The notes: generated by a model not told the origin, from the letters alone. Positions 52,060 through 62,597 are shown, numbered from the stretch's first letter. The stretch is DNA of 64,000 nucleotides from Nitrospirota bacterium (GCA_963740085.1 CAVUCU010000001.1:1490184-1554183), one strand, 5' to 3'. Program-made: numbers and translations.

Positions 52060-52731
52060 ATGAAGGTCATTCTTTTTGGTGCTACCGGTATGGTCGGACA
52101 GGGCGTTCTGCGAGAGTGTTTTCTAAGCCCCGATGTCCAGCTGATGCAAACGATCGGGAGAAGTGCCACCGGCAGAGAACATCAGAAGCTCCGCGAGATC
52201 GTCCTCCAGAATCTGTTCGATTTTTCGGACATGGCGGCTGATCTCACGGGTTTCGACGCCTGCTTCTTCTGTCTGGGCGTTTCGTCAGCAGGCATGAAGG
52301 AGGACGATTATGAACGGGTGACGTATGGGATCACCCTTGCGGCGGCAAAGACCCTGGTGCAGCTCAATCCTGAAATGACGTTCATCTATGTATCGGGCAT
52401 GGGAACAGACAGCACCGAGAAAGGCCGTATCATGTGGGCGAGGGTGAAAGGAAAAACCGAAAATGCCCTGCTACGCCTCCCCTTCAAGGCGGTATACCTG
52501 TTCCGCCCCGGATTCATTCAGCCTCTCCATGGCACCAGGTCGAAAACAACGCTCTACCGTATGCTGTACGCGATCTCCGCACCTCTCTTTCCCTTGTTGA
52601 ATGCGATCTTCCCGCACTCTCTGACAACCACCGAGAAGATAGGACGCGCAATGATAAATGTCTCGACGCGCGGCTACCCGAAGCAAATACTCGAAACCCA
52701 GGATATCAACAAGGCCGCAACCGACCGTTAA
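52060..52731 (+). CDS. NAD(P)H-binding domain protein (atypical SDR/NmrA-like).
   Basis: N-terminal ILFGATGMVGQG Rossmann motif. 223 aa. Confidence 0.7.
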   Translation: MKVILFGATGMVGQGVLRECFLSPDVQLMQTIGRSATGREHQKLREIVLQNLFDFSDMAADLTGFDACFFCLGVSSAGMKEDDYERVTYGITLAAAKTLVQLNPEMTFIYVSGMGTDSTEKGRIMWARVKGKTENALLRLPFKAVYLFRPGFIQPLHGTRSKTTLYRMLYAISAPLFPLLNAIFPHSLTTTEKIGRAMINVSTRGYPKQILETQDINKAATDR

Positions 52732-53045
52732 AGGATGACGAGGTTTCCCCATACAATCGGGCGTCTGGTCAAGTTCGCGAGGTAACTGCAAATCGCAATT
52801 CCTGAATGGGAGAGAGGCTGATTTCGTTTACGATTCAGCCCCTCATTTATTTATTCTGGCTCCCTCGGAAACTCATTCATCATGATCCGGAAAACGTGCG
52901 CCTCTGGCCGGAGTGCGTCTACGCGGCGCACAATAGAAAAATCGGGACCCGGATAGCATGGGTCCCCATTGTGCGTTCAATCGTAATTATTCTTAGACCG
53001 ACGGTCGGACCAAACGCCGGTTCGATGATTCCCTGTTACACACGG

Positions 53046-54480
53046 TCAGGGAAGTGTTGCCAGGAAATTCGCGTAATTTTCGACAGTCGTTCCCTGTGCG
53101 AGCACCGCGCCCTGGCCCGTCATCCCGTAGACCGTCGAATACCAGTCGAAAGCGCTTCTCCCTTGAATATTATAAGTTGAACGTATATGGTCGTCCAAAA
53201 GAACTGTGCTATTCACTATGAGATTATGGCAGGCAGTGCAGGTCTTTGTTACCTGGGCCAACGTTAGCGTCGACGGCGGTGGCGTGTAGTCGCTGCAGGA
53301 CTGCAAAAGGACCGGCGTCCCAATGCATCCGGAGGGGGCTGTGGTCAGCACCGTCCGGGTCTGCATGTACAACCAGCAGGCACCCCAGTCACTATAGGTA
53401 TAGATGCAGGCTTGAGGAGGAGTATATGTGCAAGCCTGGGAGACAACCGGCGTTCCGATGCAGCCGCTCGGAGCAGTTGTAAGCACGTCTCTGGTCTGTG
53501 TGTTGTTCGACTGACAGGCGCCCCACTCATCATAGGTGTATGAACAGGTGGTTGGTGATGGTGGTGGTGGTGGTGGTGATGATGGTGTCGGCGCTGATGT
53601 CAACACAGTCGCAATTGCCTGGATCTGTAATGCGAAGAGGTTCGAGAGAGAGGTCATCGTGCCCACACTCCTGATCGCCGCCTGGATCGCGGCTGCTGTT
53701 GCTCCGCCCACGGTGCTCGCGTCAAGCGGACCGTGGCAAAGACTGCAATTGCTGGTATAGAGCGCCGTTCCATCGACTGCTCCCGTCCCGCCGGGCATGT
53801 TATCAGCATTGAACGTCCCGGAGGCGATGTCGCTCATCGGGCTAGTGAAGATCACGGCCCCGGTCTGTCTGTTCGTCACAACCACCGAGCCGTTGGATGC
53901 GGTGATCTGCACGTCGTCGAACATGGCATCAAGCCCCGTGTGGTCGGCATTATAAACGTCGGTGACCGGGTTTGCAGCTGTTCCGTAACGCTCAAGGAGA
54001 GGCGCCAGCTCGCTGCGCAGGCTGTCCGAGATAGTTGCTTGTTTGGAGGCTATTTGATCAAATATATTCGGGTCCGGATTGTTGAAAAGTGCAGCGAGAT
54101 CGAAAACTCCGCTGGATGCGGCAAATACTGCATTCGAGAATGGATTGATATTCGCAGTGCCCGATCCGTTCGCAAACGAGTACAACTGATTCGTGCCTGA
54201 GCTATCCGTCCACGAAACCGAAAGCATGAATGGTTGCGTGAGCCCGCTCGTATGGAACGAAAACGACCCATTCGCAGCTGAACTCGTCGTTATCACCCGG
54301 GAAGGGACAGCGGCGTCTTTCAGCGTAACCACCCCGGAAAGAGGAGCTCCGGAGGCCGCAACGCCCTGAATTGTCTGCGACGAATTGATCTGCGATTCAG
54401 AGTGGCCGCTGCAGCCGCTCAGCACCAGAATAAGCACTGCCACGCCTGCCATGTTCATTGTGAAAGATCTTTTTCTCATG
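53046..54480 (-). CDS. Secreted lipoprotein with two CxxCH haem c-binding motifs, a poly-Pro linker and two Cys-rich ~45-aa repeats.
   Basis: AGGAG Shine-Dalgarno and ATG at 54480. LSGC lipobox. CSLCHG and CTACHN motifs. PSSPPPPPPSPTT linker. Repeats C.YTY..WGAC...QTR.VLTTAPSGCIGTPV..Q.C, two copies. Confidence 0.65.
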
Positions 54481-54810
54481 ATTCTTTTCTCCTGATAATT
54501 TCGCCCAACCTTTTTGCAGAACATCTACAGGAAGCATCAGCCTAATCGCCGAATGCCGTTTGTTAAAATAAAGAAGAATGCTTATAATTTACATCAGTGG
54601 GTAGGCGAATTCAACAGCGAAGTGCTTGCGGGAAAAGGATAAAAAGAGAGGGTTGCCTTTAGGATGTGTTCCGGTCTGCAGCGGATCTATCACCTCATTT
54701 GTCCTGAATCATGGGATGTCGTATATATCAAACATACTGCATGCGGTTCCGTTCGATCGTGTACACCCACCAGGTTTGCAGTGTGCCTCCTCACTATAGC
54801 CTGTACAGAG

Positions 54811-54840
54811 AAAAGCCCTCAACAGGTGAGGGCTTTTTAA
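54811..54840 (-). terminator. Rho-independent terminator downstream of tRNA-Asn.
   Basis: GCCCUCA-ccugu-UGAGGGC hairpin followed by UUUUCUCU on the minus strand. Confidence 0.5.
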
Positions 54841-54844
54841 TTTC

Positions 54845-54920
54845 TGGCTCCCGGAGCAGGACTCGAACCTGCGGCATGGTGGTTAACAGCCACCCGCTCT
54901 ACCAGCTGAGCTATCCGGGA
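54845..54920 (-). tRNA. tRNA-Asn (anticodon GTT).
   Basis: 76-nt cloverleaf with encoded CCA. Anticodon loop CUGUUAA. Confidence 0.9.
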
Positions 54921-55008
54921 ATGATCGATATTGGGTAGGAAATCAGGCTGGAAAAATACCACATTAAGCCTGTCCTGTCAATGGATTCTTTCGTGCGAGG
55001 CCTTGTTT

Positions 55009-55605
55009 CTAGCCGCCGTCCTGGCTCTTCTTGAGCTCCATGATCACGAGCTTTGCAATCGCCTTCAGCGTGTCGAAAACACCGGTCCCGTCCACGGCAC
55101 AGGCTTCGAAGTCCGGAAGACCCCGAGGGTTAAGCGCTTTTTTCATTTCTTCGAGCGGTACGACATTCGGCAGGTCCCGTTTGTTATACTGAATGACATA
55201 GGGAACTTTGTCCAGGTTATAGCCCTGCTCCGTCATGTTCAGGCGCAGGTTCTCGACGCTCTCGATATTCGCCTCCATGCGCTCGATCTGCGAGTCGGCC
55301 ACGAACACAACGCCGTCCACACCCTTGAGGATCAGCTTCCGGCTCGCGTCGTAGAATACCTGGCCGGGCACGGTGTAGAGATGGAACCGTGTCTTGAAAC
55401 CGCGGATCTCGCCCAGGGCGAGCGGGAGGAAATCGAAGAACAGCGTCCGCTCGGTCTCGGTAGCGAGCGAGATCATCTTCCCCTTGCTGTCGGGGTTCGT
55501 CTTCTTATAGATCCACTGCAGATTGGTCGTCTTCCCGCACAGGCCGGGGCCGTAGAAAACGATTTTGCAGTTGATCTCTCTCGACGAATAATTAATAAAA
55601 GACAT
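55009..55605 (-). CDS. mglA: MglA-like small Ras-family GTPase.
   Basis: [12 protein letters not shown]-loop. The TVPGQ motif replaces DxxGQ as in MglA. 198 aa. Confidence 0.85.
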   Translation of the reverse strand: MSFINYSSREINCKIVFYGPGLCGKTTNLQWIYKKTNPDSKGKMISLATETERTLFFDFLPLALGEIRGFKTRFHLYTVPGQVFYDASRKLILKGVDGVVFVADSQIERMEANIESVENLRLNMTEQGYNLDKVPYVIQYNKRDLPNVVPLEEMKKALNPRGLPDFEACAVDGTGVFDTLKAIAKLVIMELKKSQDGG

Positions 55606-55655
55606 GGGACGGTAATTCCTCTCCTGAATACGCTCGGGGAATATGCGAGGTTGGT

Positions 55656-56150
55656 TTACCCGAAGAGTTTGTCAATATCTTCGTCGGTGATCTCCGCGAA
55701 GGGAGAATCAGCTGCTTTGCCTGAACCTTTTTCCGTTTCCACTTTTAGAAGGAGTTGACCGAATATTTTTCCCAGGATCTCGGAGCTCTTCTTGACCCGG
55801 AGCCGAACAAGACCGAGGGATGACCGCTGGTCGAAGATCACCACCAGGATGACCCTCTGGCCGATGATGGAGATATGAATATTGTCCCGCGCACCTTCAT
55901 GGAAAAGAATGGAGAACTCCTTCTCGCCGAGAAGCTTTGCCATGCCGCCGGTTGCCGCTATGTTTCCGGCGGTAAGTGATGCGAGCGACGTGGTATCCAG
56001 GTTTTCGGTCTCGCCCGTGGCTGCTATCAGCTGGCCGTTCTTATCAACGAGGAACACAACCTTGGCATTTGCCTGGGCGATGAGGCGATGGAGTTCTGCG
56101 TCGATCAGCTTAAACTCTTCGTCGTACATCACCAAGTCTTGACCCAGCAT
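55656..56150 (-). CDS. mglB: MglB-like Roadblock/LC7 domain protein (GAP partner of MglA).
   Basis: Roadblock fold. GAGGAG Shine-Dalgarno before the ATG at 56150. Immediately upstream of mglA. Confidence 0.75.
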   Translation of the reverse strand: MLGQDLVMYDEEFKLIDAELHRLIAQANAKVVFLVDKNGQLIAATGETENLDTTSLASLTAGNIAATGGMAKLLGEKEFSILFHEGARDNIHISIIGQRVILVVIFDQRSSLGLVRLRVKKSSEILGKIFGQLLLKVETEKGSGKAADSPFAEITDEDIDKLFG

Positions 56151-56317
56151 ATCCGCATCTCCTCGACAATAGTGCTGCCCCGCCTGCAAACGACGCACGT
56201 AAAACCATTAAACCATACTCATGCCCAGATTTCAAGCGTTTTTTTGGCCGAACAGAAAGTAAAATAGCCGGGTGTGCATCTCCCCGGCTCCGATCTTTAC
56301 GCTGAACAATATAATCG

Positions 56318-57274
56318 TCAGCTCTTGGACATATCCTGGAGCTTCTTAAGGCTCTCCCAGTCATCGTCAACAATCTTTTGGAACTTTGCGAGCAATGCCT
56401 CGTTCCCCGGCGCGAACAGGTGCTTGAACCTGCCCTGGGGCTTGAGCCACTCGGAAATCGGCTTTTTCCTGTCCTTTGGGTCGTAGTTGATGGTCCATTT
56501 TCCGTCCTGGACTTCGTACAGCGGCCAGTAGCAGGTCTCGACCGCAAGCCGCGAGAGCAGGATCGAATCGTTCGTCTGGGAACGCCAGCCGCGGTTGCAC
56601 GGAGAGACAATGCCCATGTAAGCCGGTCCGTTCGTGGCAAGCGCCTTTTTAACCTTGGTCATGAGATCTTTCCAGTTGTGGGGAGAGGCCTGGGCCGCAT
56701 AGGAGACATTGTGCGCCGCCATGATGCGGGTAAGGTCCTTGCGCCGCTGAGTTTTGCCCTTGACCTGGGAGCCCACTGGTTGAGTCGTCGTGTCCGCGCA
56801 AAAGGGCGTGGCGCTCGACCGCTGAATGCCTGTGTTCATATACGCGCCGTTATCGTAGCAGATGTAGAGCAACTGGTGACCGCGCTCCATGGCGCCTGAA
56901 AGAGCCTGGAACCCGATATCATAGGTGCCGCCGTCGCCGCCGAAGGCGATGAACTTCATCTCCTTCTTGAGCTTCCCCTGCTTCCGGAGCGACCGGTACA
57001 TGGTCTCGATGCCGGAGGCCGTGGCAGCCGCATTCTCAAAAGCACTGTGCATCCATGGCACCTGCCAGGCAGTGAAGGGAAAGAGGCATGTTGAGACCTC
57101 AAGACAGCCTGTTGCGTTCGCGATCACCACTGGCTCGTCGATGGCCATGAGGACCTGGCGCACGACGGTCGGCGCGCCGCAGCCCGAGCACATGCGGTGC
57201 CCGCCGGTAAGGTGAACCGGCTTGTGAGTAAGGGATTTCAGGGTCAGGGGTTTTTCTTGCGTGGGTGCGCTCAT
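56318..57274 (-). CDS. porB: 2-oxoacid:ferredoxin oxidoreductase beta subunit (TPP-binding, PorB-like).
   Basis: TPP-binding GDG...N motif (FGGDGGTYDIG). Cys cluster for the proximal [4Fe-4S]. Confidence 0.85.
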   Translation of the reverse strand: MSAPTQEKPLTLKSLTHKPVHLTGGHRMCSGCGAPTVVRQVLMAIDEPVVIANATGCLEVSTCLFPFTAWQVPWMHSAFENAAATASGIETMYRSLRKQGKLKKEMKFIAFGGDGGTYDIGFQALSGAMERGHQLLYICYDNGAYMNTGIQRSSATPFCADTTTQPVGSQVKGKTQRRKDLTRIMAAHNVSYAAQASPHNWKDLMTKVKKALATNGPAYMGIVSPCNRGWRSQTNDSILLSRLAVETCYWPLYEVQDGKWTINYDPKDRKKPISEWLKPQGRFKHLFAPGNEALLAKFQKIVDDDWESLKKLQDMSKS

Positions 57275-57307
57275 AAGCTCTCCTTTGGAGAGAAATCCTA
57301 AATTATA

Positions 57308-57325
57308 ATATCTAAATCCGAAACG
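57308..57325. repeat. One instance of the recurring intergenic motif ATATCTAAATCCGAAAC (a REP-like or operator-like family).
   Basis: Related copies occur at 39422-39455, 43351-43380, 59491-59523 and inverted at 59585-59612. Confidence 0.5.
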
Positions 57326-57407
57326 ATCTCAAATGTCAAATGTTTGAAATTTGTGATCTGGTGATCCGATATTATTTCGTATTCAGGATTTCGAGTTTAG
57401 AATTTGT

Positions 57408-58598
57408 TCAGTTCCTCACCGTGATGTATTCTTTGATCATCTTGACCTTGCCGGTCTTAGCAACTTCGATGGTCTCGTCGATCACCCGGTCCACGTCGAG
57501 CGGCATCAGGTCCCTGCCGCCGAGCCCGTATATCTTGTTGAACATCCGCGGTCCCTGGCCAAAGGGGTACACTGCCGATGCGATCTCCATGAAGAGCGGT
57601 CCGTAGCCGCCGAAGGAATCCGCCCGGTCCATGACGCAGACGGCCTTTGCGTTCTTGAGCGCGGCGCCAACTTCCGCTGACGGGAAAGGCCTGAACATGC
57701 GCGGCTTCAGCAATCCAGCCTTCACGCCTTTTTCCCGATAATGATCAACCTCATCCTTGATCGTTCCCGCGGCGGAGTTAAGCGCCACGAGGACGACCTC
57801 GGCATCTTCAAGCCGGTACGATTCGAACAGCTCATACGTGCGGCCGAAAAGCTTGGCGAACTCATGAGACACATCCTGAATTACCTTCTTTGCATTCACC
57901 ATGGCCTCATGCTGAGCGCGCTTGTGCTCCATGTAATAATCCGTAAGCACCAATGCGCCGATGCTCTTGGGATTGTCAACATCCAGAAGCGGGTCGATCG
58001 CGATGTAGTCGCCTGCAAACTTTTTTACTTCCTCATCAGGAATGAACTTCATGCTCTCGATCGAATGGCTGGTGATAAAGCCGTCCATGCAGACCATGAT
58101 CGGCAGCCGCACGTCCTTGTGCTCGGCAATGCGGTAAGCCATGATCGTGTTATCGTAAGCCTCCTGGGCGGTCTCGGAGTAGAGCTGGATCCATCCTGTA
58201 TCGCGGGCGCCCATGCCGTCGGAGTGGTCGCAGTGTATATTGAGGGGGGCGGACAGCGCCCGGTTCACGAGCGCCATCAGTATCGGCAACCGGTAGCCCG
58301 CAGCGATATGGAGCATTTCCCACATGAGTGCCATTCCCTGAGAGCTGGTGGCCGTTGCTACGCGTCCACCCGCGGCCGCGGCGCCGATGCAGGCGCTCAT
58401 GGCGCTGTGCTCGCTCTCAACAAGGATCGTCTCGGTGTCCACCTGGCCGTTCGATACGAACGACGTGAACGATTCCATGATGCCCGTCGACGGAGTAATG
58501 GGATACGCGGGCATCACATCAGGATTCAACTGGCGAAGCGCCTCGGCAACGGCCTGGTTGCCGGTGACCGCCACGGTCTTTGTCGTTGTCACGCCCAT
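57408..58598 (-). CDS. porA: 2-oxoacid:ferredoxin oxidoreductase alpha subunit (PorA-like).
   Basis: Start MGVTTTKTVAVTGNQAVAEAL after a strong GGAGGG Shine-Dalgarno. The ORF track extends 39 codons further upstream. Confidence 0.85.
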   Translation of the reverse strand: MGVTTTKTVAVTGNQAVAEALRQLNPDVMPAYPITPSTGIMESFTSFVSNGQVDTETILVESEHSAMSACIGAAAAGGRVATATSSQGMALMWEMLHIAAGYRLPILMALVNRALSAPLNIHCDHSDGMGARDTGWIQLYSETAQEAYDNTIMAYRIAEHKDVRLPIMVCMDGFITSHSIESMKFIPDEEVKKFAGDYIAIDPLLDVDNPKSIGALVLTDYYMEHKRAQHEAMVNAKKVIQDVSHEFAKLFGRTYELFESYRLEDAEVVLVALNSAAGTIKDEVDHYREKGVKAGLLKPRMFRPFPSAEVGAALKNAKAVCVMDRADSFGGYGPLFMEIASAVYPFGQGPRMFNKIYGLGGRDLMPLDVDRVIDETIEVAKTGKVKMIKEYITVRN

Positions 58599-58599
58599 C

Positions 58600-58893
58600 T
58601 TATTTTCCCTCCTCTTCCATGACAATGGCCTTGTTGCCCTTTTTGCCGGGGCACTCCATAGCGCATACGCCGCAGCCCTTGCAGTGGTCGTAATCGAAAC
58701 CAGCCATTTTTTCATCCTTCGTCAACACGGCTGAATCGGGACAATAGATCCAGCAAAACAGGCACTGAATGCAGTTCTCCTCGATCCAGCGCGGCTTGAG
58801 CGATCGCCACGATCCGGTCTTGTATTCATTCGCATTGCCGGCCTTCAGCACCGTGCCGGCATGAGGCAGTTCTTTCCAGTTCAGCTGTTTCAT
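58600..58893 (-). CDS. porD: 2-oxoacid:ferredoxin oxidoreductase delta subunit (2x[4Fe-4S] ferredoxin).
   Basis: Two CxxCxxCxxxCP motifs. 97 aa. Confidence 0.8.
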   Translation of the reverse strand: MKQLNWKELPHAGTVLKAGNANEYKTGSWRSLKPRWIEENCIQCLFCWIYCPDSAVLTKDEKMAGFDYDHCKGCGVCAMECPGKKGNKAIVMEEEGK

Positions 58894-59465
58894 CCCTCTT
58901 GTACCTCCTCGTATCCGCGCTTCACCGCGGCGAGATTTCCATCAATGATCTTCTGCGCAAACTTCTTTCCAAAGCTGCCCTTCACATCATCGAGCAGGAC
59001 GTCCATGGTTACGATGCTCGTGGCCTTGTTCAACGCGCCGAGCATGCACGAGTTCGGCATTGGCCTGCCGATGGTCTCGACCGCGATCTTGGACGCGTCA
59101 ACGGTGAAGACCTTCTGCGTCGGTTTGGCTTTCAGTTTCGCCCGCACCTCTTTCGGGTCCTTGCCCGTGTTGATGATGAATATGGCATTGTCCGTCGCGC
59201 CTTCGGCAACATTGATCGCGTCGAGGAGCGTTGCGTCCACCACAGCAACCACGCCCGGATTCAGCACCGGGCAGTGCATCCGGAGTATCTTCTCGCTGAT
59301 CCTGTTGTAGGCTTTCAGCGGCGCACCGGCGCGCTCCGGTCCGTATTCCGGGAAGGCCTGGACGTTGCGGCCACCGCTCAAACATGCATCGGCGAGCACC
59401 TTTGCTGCGGTCACGGTACCTTGACCGCCCCGGCCGTGCCATCGTATCTCTATCATTTCTGCCAT
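58890..59465 (-). CDS. porG: 2-oxoacid:ferredoxin oxidoreductase gamma subunit.
   Basis: N-terminal GRGGQG motif. GGAGGT Shine-Dalgarno before the ATG at 59465. Confidence 0.8.
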   Translation of the reverse strand: MAEMIEIRWHGRGGQGTVTAAKVLADACLSGGRNVQAFPEYGPERAGAPLKAYNRISEKILRMHCPVLNPGVVAVVDATLLDAINVAEGATDNAIFIINTGKDPKEVRAKLKAKPTQKVFTVDASKIAVETIGRPMPNSCMLGALNKATSIVTMDVLLDDVKGSFGKKFAQKIIDGNLAAVKRGYEEVQEG

Positions 59466-59627
59466 AGCTTTAACCTCCACAAAAAGAATACAAATCCGAA
59501 ATTCTAATATCTAAATTCGGAATAAATACAAATAACCGATTATCGAAACTCAAACTGGTTTGGAATCGTCGCTACGTTGAATTTTGATATTGTTTCGGAT
59601 TTAGATATTCGTGCTTCGTGCTTTCCC

Positions 59628-60299
59628 TTACATTTCCCGCCGGCCTTCAAGCGCCCGCAGGACCGTATTCTCGTCCGCATACTCGATGTCCCCGCCCACC
59701 GGAAGGCCGTAGGCGATGCGGCTGACGCCGATACCGAGGGGCTTGATCAACTTCGAAAGGTAGAGGGCCGTGGTCTCGCCCTTTACCGTGGGGTTCGTCG
59801 CGATGATGACTTCTTTGACCGCACCGTTCTTAAGCCGGTCCATCAGGCCGTCGATCTTGAGGTCTTCCGGACCGATCCCGTCGAGCGGAGAGAGAGCGCC
59901 CATCAGTGCATGATAACGGCCCCGGAAAATGCCGCTCTTTTCGAGGACCAGGATGTTGCTCGGCTCCTCCACCACACAGATGCGGGAGCTGTCTCGTCTC
60001 TCGTCGCGGCAAACGACGCAGATTTCATCCTCGGTGATATTATTACAAACCGTGCAATAGCGACTGTTGTTCTTGAGGTCCAGGATGGCCTGCGCGATCC
60101 GCATGGCCTCTTCCCGCGGCATGCCGAGCACGGCGAAGGCGAGACGTTCGGCGCTCTTTCTGCCGATGCCGGGGAGCATCATGAACGCTTCGACCATCCT
60201 GCCGAGCGTCTTGCCGGACACCTCGGCCACCTGTGCGCCGGCCTTCCCCTGCCGCCTTGCGACCGAGAGGACCTGAGACGTTATCCCGTGTTCTTTCAC
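59628..60299 (-). CDS. recR: Recombination protein RecR.
   Basis: C4 zinc finger CTVCNN...CVVC and Toprim domain. dnaX-ybaB-recR operon. Confidence 0.95.
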   Translation of the reverse strand: MKEHGITSQVLSVARRQGKAGAQVAEVSGKTLGRMVEAFMMLPGIGRKSAERLAFAVLGMPREEAMRIAQAILDLKNNSRYCTVCNNITEDEICVVCRDERRDSSRICVVEEPSNILVLEKSGIFRGRYHALMGALSPLDGIGPEDLKIDGLMDRLKNGAVKEVIIATNPTVKGETTALYLSKLIKPLGIGVSRIAYGLPVGGDIEYADENTVLRALEGRREM

Positions 60300-60385
60300 C
60301 GTCGCCTTTACCCTGTATCATGATCAATTGCGGCTTGCTGCGGAATGAATAAAAATCAGAAATCGACGATCCTGAACCGCAATCT

Positions 60386-60706
60386 CTATATCAGCCCCGG
60401 CGGGAGCCCCATGCCGGAGGTGAGCTTCGCCATCTCATCCTTCATCAGGTCCTGTGACTTTCGAAGCGCCTCGTTCACCGCGGCCGTAACCAGGTCCTGA
60501 AGCATATCAATGTCTTTCGGGTCAACCACCGAGGGGTCTATCTTGATCGAAAGAACTTCCTGACGTCCGTTCGCGGCCACGGTTACCATGCCGCCGCCCG
60601 AGGATGCCTCCACGGTCTTGCCCGCCGCCTCTTCCTGGAGCTTTTTTACACGCTCCTGCATCTGCTGGGCCTGCTTCATGAGATTTCCGATGATGTTTTT
60701 TGACAT
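60386..60706 (-). CDS. ybaB: Nucleoid-associated protein YbaB/EbfC.
   Basis: 106 aa. Conserved YbaB core. Confidence 0.9.
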   Translation of the reverse strand: MSKNIIGNLMKQAQQMQERVKKLQEEAAGKTVEASSGGGMVTVAANGRQEVLSIKIDPSVVDPKDIDMLQDLVTAAVNEALRKSQDLMKDEMAKLTSGMGLPPGLI

Positions 60707-60959
60707 TGAGCGCCTTTTGGGTTCCTAAAAATGATGAATCGGGTAAACCCCTTTTGAGAACGGGTTCTTCGACGTTGCGTTGTGCTGCAATCCGTTGATA
60801 TATGATGCCAATCACGCCATGGCGTGACGACCTTCTTTACCGGGATAATAGGAAGAACATAATAAAAGAATTATTACGGTTTTGCAACTAAAATTGCGAG
60901 GTTAATGATTATATAAAAAAAATAAATGTGTGGCCGGGGTAAGTGGTGGTCCTTCTTCT

Positions 60960-62597
60960 TCACTCGCGGAAATGGTCCTGGTCGATCACCTCGCCCTCTG
61001 TGAAGACCTTGAGCACCTCCTGCACTGCCGGATCCTGATCGTCAGGTCTGCCTTTTTTCTGCGTTGTTTTTGTGCCAGGCTGCAACGTTGCCGGGAGAAG
61101 GCGGAACTTTACGCTCAATTTTTTGTCCAGGATTCCGGCGGAGATCTCTTCGATCAGGATCCGGTTCTCCGGTTTTTCAACGAGCGCCATCTGAAAACCA
61201 TTGCCCTGCACGCCGACAATGATCTGGTTCTCCGTCATCTCGAGAAGCCTGCTGTGCCTCAGCGCCGAGGCAAGCCCAGGTTTTTTCGATCCCAGAACTG
61301 TCATAATGCTGCCCCAGATGTCACCCTGTTCACCCTCCGCTCGCGCTGCAGGCTGCGCAGAGGCCGCCAGCGGCTTCGCCCGGTATTCCGCAGGCCGCTC
61401 GCTGACTCGATGTGCGGCGGATACTGCCGGCGGTTCCGGTATTCTGCCTGAGGCAAGCCGCGCTTCAAGCTCCTTCATCCTCCCGAGCACTTCACCCAGG
61501 GGCTCGAGCGGTGCGAGACTGCATGCTTTTATAAGACCGATCTCGATCGTAAAGCGCTGGTGGGGCGACCAGCGCATGTCCTCAAGGGTCCTGGACAGGC
61601 TGTCGAAGAGCATCAGAAGGTTCTCTGATTCAGCGTCCCCGGCCTGCTGTTTGATCGCCTCAAGGTCCGCGGCAGGAAGCTCAACGATCCGCCCGGGATC
61701 GGTCGCGATCTTCACGATCATGAGGTTCCTCAGGTGCTCAACAACGCCCGCCAGGAATTGGCGCATGTCCTGCCCCTGCTCCAGCAAGGCATCCACCTGT
61801 TTGAGCAGTCCCGCGGCGTCCCGTGATAAGAGTCCTGATGTGAATTGTAAAAGAGATGCCTGCGCAACGGAACCAAGGATGGCCTGAAGGTCTTCGTCCC
61901 GGATCTCCATGCCGCTATACGAAACCGCCTGGTCCAGGAGGCTTTGCGAATCCCGCATGCTTCCTTCAGCGGCCCGGGCGATCAAGGCAAGCCCCTGGTC
62001 GGTTATGGTGATTCCCTCGGCAGTGGCGATCTTGCGGAGACGCTCGATGATGTCGTGGAGCGCGACCCGCTTGAAACCGTAGCGTTGACATCGGGAATGG
62101 ATCGTCGCGGGAATCTTCTGGGGTTCCGTGGTCGCAAAGATAAAGAGGACGTGGGGCGGCGGCTCTTCGAGGGTCTTGAGCAGCGCATTAAAGGCCTCGT
62201 TCGTGAGCATATGGACCTCGTCGATCACGTAGACCTTGTACTTGCCGGCCACGGGCGCGTATTTTACGGCCTCACGCAGCTCGCGAATATTTTCTATGCC
62301 CCGGTTTGATGCCCCGTCGATCTCAATGACGTCTACGGAGGTGCCGGCTGTGGTCTCCAGACACGAATCACACTTGCCGCAGGGGGTCGGGGTCGGCCCT
62401 TCAATGCAGTTCAGCGCCTTGGCAAGGATGCGTGCTGTCGTCGTCTTGCCCACACCACGCGGCCCCGAGAACAGGAAGGCATGGGCCAACCGGTTGGTGA
62501 CAATGGCGTTCTGGAGCGTCCGCGTGATGTGTGTCTGACCCACCACGTCATCAAATACCTGCGGCCTCCATTTTCTTGCCAGAACCTGGTAGCTCAT
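60960..62597 (-). CDS. dnaX: DNA polymerase III subunit tau/gamma.
   Basis: Walker A GPRGVGKTT. Zn-binding CxxC...C motif. 545 aa. Confidence 0.95.
   Translation of the reverse strand: MSYQVLARKWRPQVFDDVVGQTHITRTLQNAIVTNRLAHAFLFSGPRGVGKTTTARILAKALNCIEGPTPTPCGKCDSCLETTAGTSVDVIEIDGASNRGIENIRELREAVKYAPVAGKYKVYVIDEVHMLTNEAFNALLKTLEEPPPHVLFIFATTEPQKIPATIHSRCQRYGFKRVALHDIIERLRKIATAEGITITDQGLALIARAAEGSMRDSQSLLDQAVSYSGMEIRDEDLQAILGSVAQASLLQFTSGLLSRDAAGLLKQVDALLEQGQDMRQFLAGVVEHLRNLMIVKIATDPGRIVELPAADLEAIKQQAGDAESENLLMLFDSLSRTLEDMRWSPHQRFTIEIGLIKACSLAPLEPLGEVLGRMKELEARLASGRIPEPPAVSAAHRVSERPAEYRAKPLAASAQPAARAEGEQGDIWGSIMTVLGSKKPGLASALRHSRLLEMTENQIIVGVQGNGFQMALVEKPENRILIEEISAGILDKKLSVKFRLLPATLQPGTKTTQKKGRPDDQDPAVQEVLKVFTEGEVIDQDHFRE

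Noticed and set aside
52806-53180. A 124-aa plus-strand ORF at the convergent junction.
   Set aside because: It overlaps the 3' end of the cytochrome-like lipoprotein gene on the opposite strand. It has no Shine-Dalgarno or recognisable domain and is likely spurious.
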